Shown in pieces: positions 28,896-37,413 of a stretch of 64,000 nucleotides of DNA. Source of the DNA: a virus (Duplodnaviria > Caudoviricetes). How positions within the stretch are numbered: position 1 is the first letter of the stretch; the number at the start of each line of letters is the position of its first letter. The position numbers and the translations under genes were made by a program. The notes beneath the pieces were generated by a model, which saw nothing but the letters and a program-made list of their open reading frames with translations, ran no database searches and was not told where the DNA came from. Where the stretch lies: the IMG/VR virus record IMGVR_UViG_3300016265_001297, positions 1 to 64,000 of that record, one strand, 5' to 3'.

Positions 28896-31080
28896 AAGGA
28901 AAGGAATATCAAAATGATTGATGAAATGTTTGATAAAGATTTTCATACTGATTTCATAGTCAAAATCCATAACTATATTAGTTATGACGAAACTGAAGAG
29001 TTAGTTTCGTATGATATTGATATTGTAAAATGTTGGCAGGAAATATTTGTGAACGATGATGAAGCAATAATGTTTATGAAAGAAGTAGGAATCCTAAATA
29101 ACCCAAAGAAACTTTTGGCAACAGTTTTGGGAACAAAGATTATGAGGATAATGGAAAAAGAAGTCAGGCGCACAACGGATTCTCAAAATCCTATTACTGA
29201 TAGAATAATTGAAATGATATATGTTTTGATTATTGATGAAGTTTCTTCCGCAAGCATAGACTTTGGAGAAAATAAGAATCTAGTTTTGGAGGTAGAAAAT
29301 GCCAACCTATGAACAAATAAAAGATTTTAGCCAAGATGAGTTTTTGATAAATGAAATCAAAAACTTTTTTGAGAAAAAAGGAATCTGTTATAGGCACGAA
29401 GTAGATAAATGGTCCACCAGATTTCTTATAAATCATTTTATTGAGATTTATGAAGGCGAAATAGAAGATTTTATTCTTCAAGTAAATATCAAAAAAGATT
29501 TCGCACAATAAAATAGGAAAGGAAAAAATGAATAACTCAATTTATAATCTGATTACTTATTGCGTAAATGATGCGTCTGGAAGTAATGATAAAGAATATG
29601 TTGGCATAAATAGTTTTCAGGCATCAGAAATCATTGACGGTTATGTAAAAATTGATTGTAGCAAAATAGTAGAAGAAGTTTTTGACAAAGTAGAATATAT
29701 TGATTCTAATAGAGAACAACTAATTGATATTCTAAATAATATGGAAATAGCAGAAGTTTTTGACGCAACATTATTTTCAGAAGATAATGAGCAAATAATA
29801 GGCGCAATAACAATAAGCAGAACCCGATGAAAGACTTATTCGTAGAGTTTTTTCCCAAGTAGTATTCTGGCTGGTATGATCGCGGGTGCGCGGGTGAATC
29901 ACCACAACGGAACGCCCGAGGATACAGAAAAACAGGAAAGGAAAAGTAAATGCCAGAACTACATCTAAAAACCAAAACCGGAACTGAAAAGTGGATTCTG
30001 GATGAGTATTACAGAATCGGGCCGAAAACCGGAAAACTGATTGATTATTCTGTAACCCAACAAATAATCGAAAACCCAAACGGTATTTTGGAACACAAAT
30101 ATCGTTTGGAATTTGTTTTCCAAAATGACCAAGAGGAATGGTCATACGGAATGTTGATAACCGATTGGTTGTCGTAAACAGGAAAGGAAAAAAGTGGAAA
30201 AAAAGGAAAAAGAGTACAGCGAAAAAGAAGTCAAAGCAGTAGCGCAAGTTATAGCGGATATAACAAAACTAGACCCGAATAAAAATTTGGCAAAAGTTTA
30301 CGCGAAAAGAATACTTGACGCGATTAGCGAAAGCCAAAACTAAAAACAGGAAAGGAAAAATGTTTACAAGAGGCGAAAAATGGGATGTTCTATTCGCAAT
30401 AAAAGGCGAAATAAATAAGTGTAATACAAGGATAATAACCCTTGACCAAAAGGATTCAGAAAGCCTTATCGCTTATTACGAAGAACAAGTCGAAAATCTA
30501 AAACGGTTAGCACAAAAGATAGAAGATTCTCCTACGATATGGGAGGAAAGGTAATGCTACACGAAAATCAAATACCAGAGCCAGAAACTCATATGGTAGA
30601 ACTTACCTATTATGAGAAATGTTTAGTCCAAAAGATATTGAGAACATATCAATATCTAATGGAAAATCCAGAATCAGAACTAAAAATCACAGAAGAGGCT
30701 CGCCAAGCAAAAGACATAGAAAGAATAGTAAAAAGGATGGGGATATAAAAATGGAAATCCTTGCCTTTATCTACAAAGCAATAATGCTAACAATAACTGT
30801 TAGTGGTATTGCTTTTTTGTTATTTCTATCGGTTATTTGGATGGTAGAAGATTATAAGGAAAGGAAATAAAATGGCTTCAAAAAGAATCATAAAACAATA
30901 CGCAAATAACAGAATCCTGATGGAAGAAATAAAAGAGTGGATATATGATTGCGGATATGGTGATATGAAAACCATAAACGCACATTCCAACCTTCATATT
31001 GTAAGGTGTATGGATAAAGAATATGCGGGAGGAATAGAACAGTTCATAATAGATTGTGACCTATTAGAAATCGCATAAAC

Positions 31081-31137
31081 TATATGGTATGGTGAGCGAT
31101 AAATCTATATGGTATGGTGAAAGGTATATGGTATGGT
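31081..31137 (+). repeat. three direct repeats of TATATGGTATGGT
   Basis: Copies at 31081, 31106 and 31125. Confidence 0.9.
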
Positions 31138-31396
31138 AAAAGAAATAATGATAATGGCAAAAGATAGTGATGGTGAGATAATCGAAAAAGAAAATCAGAT
31201 TGATTATCTTGACATTATAACAAAAGTTACAATCTATTTTGAGAAATACATAAAAAATGCCGAACAGAAAAAGATTGATAAGTTTATTGATGAACTATTG
31301 ATAAACGGTTCAGCAAACTGTATTTCAGAAAACAATAGAAGAATGATTGAGGCAACAGCAATAAAAGCGTAAAAAAGAAAAAAATAAAGGGAATCT

Positions 31397-31424
31397 AGGC
31401 CGAATATATGTTCGGTCTTTTTTT
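31397..31424 (+). terminator. terminator ending the early region
   Basis: AGGCCGAA-TATATG-TTCGGTCT then a T run. Confidence 0.85.
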
Positions 31425-32059
31425 ATGGGAAAATCGCCCCACCTAAGAAAAACCTATAAATATTACCTATAAACTAACTATAAAAGACCTAAAACAAAAC
31501 ACACCGTATATAGCGTAAAACAAATAGATACTTACAGAATAACTCCATATATGGAATAAAAACAAAAATAACCAATAAAATAAATAAAACCTTTCAGTTT
31601 ATAGCAATAATCAAAAGAAAAAGACAATATCTTGCTGAGTTATCTAATCTTTCAGAAAAAATCTTTTGTTCAAACCAAAAAGAAAAAAGAAAAAGTTTGC
31701 GGAAAAAATAAATAAATAAGACATAAACTAATACGAAAGGCATAACATAAGGCAAATAAGATATAGAAAAAAATATTCAAAAAGTTTATACTCAAGTTTT
31801 ATTCGGCGTGATAGTATATGTTTATAGCCAAAGAATAAACCGAGGGCAAAATCTGCCCCGGTAAAAAGAAAGGAAAAAAGAAAGTGATAACTATTACAAT
31901 CACAGAAGAAGAAGTAGAAGTAATCCAGAAGGCTATGTGGAAAGAAGAAGAAGAAATAGATTGGATTATTCAGAGTGAAAGATTCACTAACAAAGCAACA
32001 ATAGAAGCACAAAAGGAAAAGAAAAAAATAAATAGCATTAGAAATAAAATCTGGCAAGC

Positions 32060-32265
32060 ACAATAAAAAAAAGAAAAAATAAATCAGAAAGAAAAAAAGA
32101 AAATGAAAAAATAAATAATAAAAAAAATAAATAAGAAAAAAAATAAAAAGAAAAAAATAATAATAAACATAAAACAAAACAGAAACAAACATAAACAACA
32201 ACAAAGACTAACAGCAAACAGAAACACCTAACAACAATAAGAAAGAATAATAAGAAAGTGAAAGA
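32060..32265. other. extremely A-rich low-complexity non-coding tract
   Basis: Long A runs, very few G or T on the + strand. Confidence 0.85.
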
Positions 32266-32275
32266 ATATATCTGG

Positions 32276-32292
32276 CCCGCCCGCCCCCGCCC
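32276..32292 (-). other. canonical G-quadruplex motif
   Basis: + strand CCCGCCCGCCCCCGCCC = minus strand GGG-C-GGGGG-C-GGG-C-GGG. Confidence 0.75.
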
Positions 32293-32328
32293 TGCCGCCA
32301 TAGCCTACCACATTCTGAGCGTCCGTTG

Positions 32329-32344
32329 TGTGAGATTCGTCACA
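32329..32344. promoter_or_regulatory. CRP/GlxR-type operator
   Basis: TGTGA-GATTCG-TCACA, exact TGTGA-N6-TCACA. Confidence 0.55.
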
Positions 32345-32397
32345 TAACGAATATATGTGAAACTTACCGGACTCCTAACAGTTTCCTAACATTACTT

Positions 32398-32406
32398 TGA
32401 TACTCT
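32398..32406 (+). promoter_or_regulatory. extended -10 promoter, leaderless-transcript geometry
   Basis: TGA-TACTCT, 7 nt before ATG 32414, no SD. Confidence 0.5.
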
Positions 32407-32413
32407 CTCCGGT

Positions 32414-32764
32414 ATGAAGTCCAACAGCGCAGAGAGCGCAGCCGGGAAGACCGGCCAACAGTCAGCCCGAAAGGGAAACAGCCGTCCCGCTCCGGTAATG
32501 AGGAAGCGGGGCAGGCCGAAGGGAAGTACCGATCAGTCCCGCGAGGCCGACCGCGCCGAGTTTCTGGCAGCGGTAGAGAAGGAGGCCGCGAAGGGTCCGG
32601 GGTGGATTGACGAGGCGGTAGAAGCCGTCCAGTCCAGCCGGGAAGGACGGGGCAAACCCCGGTACACCGAGTCCAGCCTACGCCAGACGCTGACCGCCTG
32701 GGGTCGTGAGGCCGGGTTCACCATCCAGCGCCACGAAGAAGGTTGGGCCGCCGAGAAGCGGTAG
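32414..32764 (+). CDS. GC-rich AT-hook protein
   Basis: 116 aa with RKRGRPKG AT-hook. Codon usage strongly GC-biased relative to the rest of the window. Confidence 0.7.
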   Translation: MKSNSAESAAGKTGQQSARKGNSRPAPVMRKRGRPKGSTDQSREADRAEFLAAVEKEAAKGPGWIDEAVEAVQSSREGRGKPRYTESSLRQTLTAWGREAGFTIQRHEEGWAAEKR

Positions 32765-32765
32765 C

Positions 32766-32817
32766 CCGTCCTCGACGGTGGGGTAGCGGTCGGGGTGGAA
32801 ACGCTCCGGCCCTACCC
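32766..32817 (+). terminator. tandem GC hairpins without U-tract after the AT-hook gene
   Basis: CCGTC-CTC-GACGG, then GGGTAG-C-GGTCGGGGT-GGAAAC-GCTCCGGCC-CTACCC. Confidence 0.6.
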
Positions 32818-33127
32818 TATAGCTGTTCATAATTTGTCCCTGAAGTTTCGATATTTTCGTTAGTAGTTTTGATTCATTTGTGTTATAGGTGAAATCGCCC
32901 TATGTAAATAGCGGTTTGGCCCCTTAAAAAATGAGTTTTGCCTTTTAGCAAAGACCTATCTTTCTAGTGATTTACCCTATGTAAATATATATAATATACT
33001 AGGTTTTGAGTATTTTGTTAGTAGTTTTGTGTTAAGATGCTACTGTTTTTCTCAAAAATCGCCCTTAAAACTCTAAGCTTGTCACCATTTGGCTATGTAA
33101 ATGCTTTATTTGGCTTATTATTGTCTA

Positions 33128-33209
33128 TGCTAGGGGTAGGAATCGAACCTACATAGCCTGCGGCGACAGATTTACAGTCTGCGGGACTCACCACCTGTCC
33201 AACCCTAGC
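33128..33209 (-). tRNA. tRNA-Tyr(GTA)
   Basis: GCTAGGG/CCCTAGC acceptor stem, GCAGA-CTGTAAA-TCTGT anticodon arm, long variable arm, T-loop TTCGATT. Confidence 0.92.
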
Positions 33210-33353
33210 TTGTTTTTGAGTAAATCTTCTCTTAGGCGCTTTCTCAGAGCTTTCTATGGCTTAATTTATATTTTAGAAGCTGCTTCTTTAGAAAATTGCC
33301 TGTGGGCCGAAACCATCACAAAAATCACTCAAATTATTAGTTAAAACCTTTAG

Positions 33354-33641
33354 TTATTCCTCGTCAATTTCTTCTAGGTCTTTTTCCCATTTAGCGTGTA
33401 GCTTTTCACTGTATTTACCGAACTTATCAAGTGAGTTTGAAGGAACTGCTTTTGCATTATTAAGTTGGCTTGCTAGTCTTTCGGCCTCTTCTTGATTAAT
33501 ACCTAGAGGGCTTTGTAGATATACTAGCTTATCTTCATTTGCATGGCCCTTTCCACCAACTACTGACCACCTTTCAATATCTGGAAGGCTTTGCGGCTTT
33601 ACAGCCTTTACTCTAAATGCTGATACTTTCTTTTTGCCCAT
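33354..33641 (-). CDS. hypothetical protein
   Basis: 95 aa, coupled to 33643. Confidence 0.55.
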   Translation of the reverse strand: MGKKKVSAFRVKAVKPQSLPDIERWSVVGGKGHANEDKLVYLQSPLGINQEEAERLASQLNNAKAVPSNSLDKFGKYSEKLHAKWEKDLEEIDEE

Positions 33642-33642
33642 T

Positions 33643-33879
33643 TTAAGAGTGACAGTAGCTAACTAGTGCGGTAACAACAGGATTAGTTTCTGCTGAGTAC
33701 GCTACGGATTCTACTATAAAAGGCTCTTCATCAACCATAATGTAATCTCCTTCGCGTGGCACAAATCCAAAATCTACATTTTCTCTTACTACGGCCTCTT
33801 CGCCTTTTGCTCCAGCTTTAATTAGCCCACCGTCATAAAGGCTAGTTAGCGGAACATTGTTTTTAGTGTTAGTAAACAT
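33643..33879 (-). CDS. hypothetical protein
   Basis: 78 aa, AAGGTG RBS. Confidence 0.55.
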   Translation of the reverse strand: MFTNTKNNVPLTSLYDGGLIKAGAKGEEAVVRENVDFGFVPREGDYIMVDEEPFIVESVAYSAETNPVVTALVSYCHS

Positions 33880-33934
33880 TAATCACCTTTTCCTTCTTTG
33901 GTTTTAAGGCAACGCAAGACGCGCCACCAATAAA

Positions 33935-33971
33935 GACTGTATCACGGAGAATAAATTCTGTGCAAAAACTT
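33935..33971 (-). promoter_or_regulatory. leftward promoter
   Basis: AAGTTTTTGCACA...TGATACAGT. The 13-mer is identical at 35639-35651. Confidence 0.55.
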
Positions 33972-33975
33972 GTAT

Positions 33976-34188
33976 TTAAGACTTTTTCCTTTCTTTTAGG
34001 CCCATACCAGCCCCTCCGTTAGTGCCTCCCTTTACTTTGCCAAAAATTGAAGACTTAGAATAGTCCCTTTTCATTGGAATTTTACAGTTTGGGCAATTTT
34101 CACTGTATTTTTCTACATTAACTAGGCTGAAAAAGTAAAAAGTGTCTTTATGCCCACATTCGTGGCAAATCATATCATAGATGGGCAT
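33976..34188 (-). CDS. FmdB-like zinc-ribbon protein
   Basis: MPIYDMICHECGH...CPNC. Confidence 0.8.
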   Translation of the reverse strand: MPIYDMICHECGHKDTFYFFSLVNVEKYSENCPNCKIPMKRDYSKSSIFGKVKGGTNGGAGMGLKERKKS

Positions 34189-34928
34189 TATTTCTCCTGT
34201 GATTCCTTAAACTCTTGTAAAAATTCGTCAAACAGCATTCCGTTCCTAGTAAAGCCAAAAGCCTCTAGGGTAGCGTCAAAATCTCCGGTTTGCTTTACTA
34301 ATCTTAGCATATCGTTGGCGATATTTTGAATTTCTAACTGAGCTTCTTCATCGGCCCTAAGATTTACAAAATGAGCAAAGCTTCTCCAATTAAACATTAC
34401 ATCAATCACAATCTGACCGCCATAAGGAAGAAAAAACCTAGCTGATTCTTTTGCTCTTTTTCTTCCAAGTGAAGGTTCAAGCTTTTCAATGGCTTCATGA
34501 TAGTTTTGATAAGCATCCTCACAAAACCTTATATATGTTTCGTAAACTTCTTCTACTTCTGTATTTTCTTTGTTTTCATTTATGTAATATTCACTGCTAG
34601 GATTCCAATCAATTGGAAGATAAACTTTATCATCCTTTAGCTCTTTATATCTAGCTGATTCTCCATTTATCGAAACACCTATTCGATGTTTTAAAAAGTG
34701 AATATGGGAAGCCGTATCGCAAGTTACAAGAAAATGTAGTGAGGATTTTTCAAATGGGGTATGATGCCCATTTTGTGCTAGAAACTTAAGAAGATTAGGA
34801 ATCCTTTCCTCTTTTTCTTCATCTAATTCTCTACTGGTACTAGTCCAAGCAGAAAGAGCATGAGTAAGATCGCCACCATAGTAACCCATAAGCTCAACTT
34901 TGTTGGGCTGAAAGTTACTCTTCATCAA
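34188..34928 (-). CDS. thyX: flavin-dependent thymidylate synthase
   Basis: HHTPFEK, HFLKHR...NGESARY, RFFLP, NWRSFAHFVNLR. Confidence 0.95.
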   Translation of the reverse strand: MMKSNFQPNKVELMGYYGGDLTHALSAWTSTSRELDEEKEERIPNLLKFLAQNGHHTPFEKSSLHFLVTCDTASHIHFLKHRIGVSINGESARYKELKDDKVYLPIDWNPSSEYYINENKENTEVEEVYETYIRFCEDAYQNYHEAIEKLEPSLGRKRAKESARFFLPYGGQIVIDVMFNWRSFAHFVNLRADEEAQLEIQNIANDMLRLVKQTGDFDATLEAFGFTRNGMLFDEFLQEFKESQEK

Positions 34929-35286
34929 TAAAGTCTTCCGGGTTAATATCCCTTAATTGTTCAACAAAATTGTCAACAATTTCTTCGTGATCTTCTTCTT
35001 GATCAAAAACACCTTTTTCTTTTTGTGCTTTCTCAATGTTTTGCAAGGCCACTAGCCGCTTAGTCTTTTGATTCATAATTAAGTCGCCAATTTCTCGCAT
35101 ATTTAATTCTTCGTCAAATAAAACTGGCATCCAACTGTCAGCGATCATATCAAAAACATCATCACTCAAAACATCAGCAAATTCTCTTATTTGTTCAAGA
35201 TCAAGCCCAACTGTTCCAAACTGATAAACAATGCTATAAATTACAGCATAACTTCTAGCTTCCATTTCATCTTTAAATTCCATCAT
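34915..35286 (-). CDS. hypothetical acidic protein
   Basis: 123 aa, overlaps neighbours. Confidence 0.55.
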   Translation of the reverse strand: MMEFKDEMEARSYAVIYSIVYQFGTVGLDLEQIREFADVLSDDVFDMIADSWMPVLFDEELNMREIGDLIMNQKTKRLVALQNIEKAQKEKGVFDQEEDHEEIVDNFVEQLRDINPEDFIDEE

Positions 35287-35474
35287 TTTGCTTTCCTAGC
35301 ACTTTTTATAAATTCCAAAAAATCATAAGTGTTTTTAGCGTGTGTGCCAAAAAGATAGACTCCAAAAAGAGTAACTGGAACCCAATACTGAATTTCTAAA
35401 GCCATAGTTATACCGGCCATCATAAAAGCTACGCCTAAATCAACCATTGACTGAAAATAATAAAATCCTCGCAT
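35283..35474 (-). CDS. small membrane protein
   Basis: Two hydrophobic segments; AGAAAGGAG RBS and TGTTATAAT promoter upstream. Confidence 0.55.
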   Translation of the reverse strand: MRGFYYFQSMVDLGVAFMMAGITMALEIQYWVPVTLFGVYLFGTHAKNTYDFLEFIKSARKAK

Positions 35475-35518
35475 TTTTCTCCTTTCTCTAGTAGCTTTAT
35501 ACTATTATAACAAACTTT

Positions 35519-35610
35519 AAAAAATGACGCGGCGTTCAGGGGAGAGAAAGAAACCCTTACTAACCGCGCCTACTATGTACTATACAAATGAGCGGCTTAC
35601 TCACGCTCGC
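35519..35610 (-). ncRNA. candidate small RNA / structured leader with pyrimidine loop
   Basis: Promoter TTGCAC-17-TATGAT (35645-35617). Stems GGCGCGG/CCGCGTC and AGGG/CCCT, 12-nt loop TTTCTTTCTCTC, then a U run. Confidence 0.4.
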
Positions 35611-35649
35611 CAAAGCATCATATCATAGTTTTCGATCTTGTGCAAAAAC

Positions 35650-36228
35650 TTAATACTTTGCTGGATGCCTAGCTACAAATCCGCTCTTATCTCCGCTTGT
35701 CTTGTGCCATCTTGGGCCTGACCCGCCAGTTCCAGAAGTATCAAATCTGATTCCCGCTACTTCTAAATAAGCGTGTCCTGAATGAGTATAAACGGTAATC
35801 CAATCTCCCTTGCCGCTACTTCCCCAACTCATAAATGAGCCGGAAGTTAAAGGAGAAGAAACAAAGTTTCCTCCATTTAGGGCATAGCTGATAGCGCCAG
35901 AACAATCATAGCCTTCTGACTCAAAAGAACCGTGACCTCCACCATAAATATATGGCTTATGCCTTATCCTGTTTCCTGCAGCAATAACCTTTTTAACTTT
36001 TGTAGGAGCAAGTGTAGGAGCAATTGCCTTGCCGTTGACTACACTAGCTTTATAATCTGACTTAGTAATCTTATCTCCGCATAGTGGAGCTAGAGTCAAT
36101 CCACCGCTTTTTCCTAAACAAACTTTTTCGCTTGCATAAGAGTCTGCCACATTTAGCAAAATAATAGTTGTTGCTATAAACGCAGCCAAAAATATTGCGA
36201 CTTTAATTTTGATTCTAGAATTTCGCAT
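35650..36228 (-). CDS. secreted NlpC/P60 peptidoglycan endopeptidase
   Basis: Signal peptide (MRNSRIKIKVAIFLAAFIATTIILLNVADSYA), PYIYGGGH, YDCSG, GHAYL. Confidence 0.88.
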   Translation of the reverse strand: MRNSRIKIKVAIFLAAFIATTIILLNVADSYASEKVCLGKSGGLTLAPLCGDKITKSDYKASVVNGKAIAPTLAPTKVKKVIAAGNRIRHKPYIYGGGHGSFESEGYDCSGAISYALNGGNFVSSPLTSGSFMSWGSSGKGDWITVYTHSGHAYLEVAGIRFDTSGTGGSGPRWHKTSGDKSGFVARHPAKY

Positions 36229-36786
36229 TTACGCACACCCCCACGGAGAAGTACCATACATGGCTAATAGCCTGTTTGCGACTTTCATCTGCTGTCGCCA
36301 TGTGGCATAACCGGCATTACTTGGCATGCCCGGATACTTAAATCCTGACCATGTTCCGTACCAGAATCCAAGACCTCCTTGAAAGGTTGGTCCTGTATGT
36401 GACCAGTTGACTCCCATATAGCCGGAGCCGGGTTGCTCGCAAATACCAATTTTTATCCACAAATCGTGATTGTCTGGAAGAATAGATTTTTTAATCTTTT
36501 TCCAGTTAGCCTTCATAATTGTTTTATGATTTGGACCTACTGCACACATTACAATATGCCGATGCTTTTCTTTTGCTTTATCAGGAATAAAGTAAGCGCG
36601 TCTAAATTTTTCTGCCCAAATCTTGTGGCTTTTAGCATTATAAGATACACCTTTACAAGCCGGATGAAGCTTAGGTTTGTTTGGCTCGTCTGTATCTAAA
36701 TTTTCCCCCTCAAATCCAAAACCTTCTGAAACAAAAAGTACAGAAGTTACTGCAATGGTTATTATGAGTGTTTTAATTAGATTCAT
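36229..36786 (-). CDS. secreted resuscitation-promoting factor (Rpf)-like transglycosylase
   Basis: Signal peptide; WIKIGICEQ...NW...GGLGFWYGTW...ATWRQQMKVANRL...SPWGC aligns by eye with the Rpf core and keeps the catalytic Glu. TTG at 36798 is an alternative start. Confidence 0.8.
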   Translation of the reverse strand: MNLIKTLIITIAVTSVLFVSEGFGFEGENLDTDEPNKPKLHPACKGVSYNAKSHKIWAEKFRRAYFIPDKAKEKHRHIVMCAVGPNHKTIMKANWKKIKKSILPDNHDLWIKIGICEQPGSGYMGVNWSHTGPTFQGGLGFWYGTWSGFKYPGMPSNAGYATWRQQMKVANRLLAMYGTSPWGCA

Positions 36787-36890
36787 ATACCAACCCAATC
36801 AACAGCCTTTTCGCTACGGGACTTCGCTATCTAGTTTGCATATCAACCAGCAGGGTAGTTCTGTTGATTATTCGGGGTTTTACCTCCTTT
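36787..36890 (-). promoter_or_regulatory. structured leader with two mutually exclusive pairings upstream of the Rpf gene
   Basis: AATCAACAG can pair with distal CTGTTGATT or proximal CTGGTTGAT. Orphan SD AAAGGAGG at 36890-36883. Confidence 0.5.
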
Positions 36891-36957
36891 GTCGTGATTT
36901 ACACATTTCTAATAATAGTATCAAACCTATTTGGCTTGATGTGTCAATTTGGCATTA

Positions 36958-37413
36958 TTATTCTATATCACTAGCATAACAGCCATAGGTTTTGGCTGAT
37001 TTGCCATTCCATATCCAAATATAGAAATAATCTCCTGTGCCTCCATACCAAAATGCCTGAACTGCATCGGCATCTGGAAATTCTGATTTAGCATAAGCAA
37101 TAACTTTTTCTTTCTGTTCTCGCCTAGCCTTAATCTCTCTATTCTTTTCTAGCTTTTCTGCTTTTGCAGCAGCTATCTTTTCTTGCTTGCTCATTTCTGA
37201 AAAAGTTTCATCAACTGGAAACTGCATACCTTCTTTAATTAAGAAGTATCCGCCTCTTCCACGAAACGATTCAATAAGGTCATTTTCTTTTAGCCACTTC
37301 TTAGCGTCTTTAATCTGTCCCAAGTTTAGGCCAGTCTTTTCTTTTACGCTTGCCTCACTGATTTTTTCTCCGTGAGCAATATTTTCAAATATTTCTTTTG
37401 CGTTATTCACCAA
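36958..37413 (-). CDS. winged-helix DNA-binding protein
   Basis: ISEASVKEKTGLNLGQIKDAKKWLKENDLIESFRGRGGYF. Confidence 0.65.
   Translation of the reverse strand: MVNNAKEIFENIAHGEKISEASVKEKTGLNLGQIKDAKKWLKENDLIESFRGRGGYFLIKEGMQFPVDETFSEMSKQEKIAAAKAEKLEKNREIKARREQKEKVIAYAKSEFPDADAVQAFWYGGTGDYFYIWIWNGKSAKTYGCYASDIE

Larger units (their letters stand above)
12249..31372 (+). other. early/host-takeover region: about 50 short, mostly acidic ORFs, all on the + strand
   Basis: Dense co-oriented ORFs, many with (A/G)GAAAGGA RBS, repeated promoters and hairpin leaders. Most have no recognisable family. Confidence 0.8.

Noticed and set aside
31728-32301. Phe/Leu-rich minus-strand ORFs (158 aa, 87 aa)
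   Set aside because: Artefacts of translating the complement of the A-rich tract.
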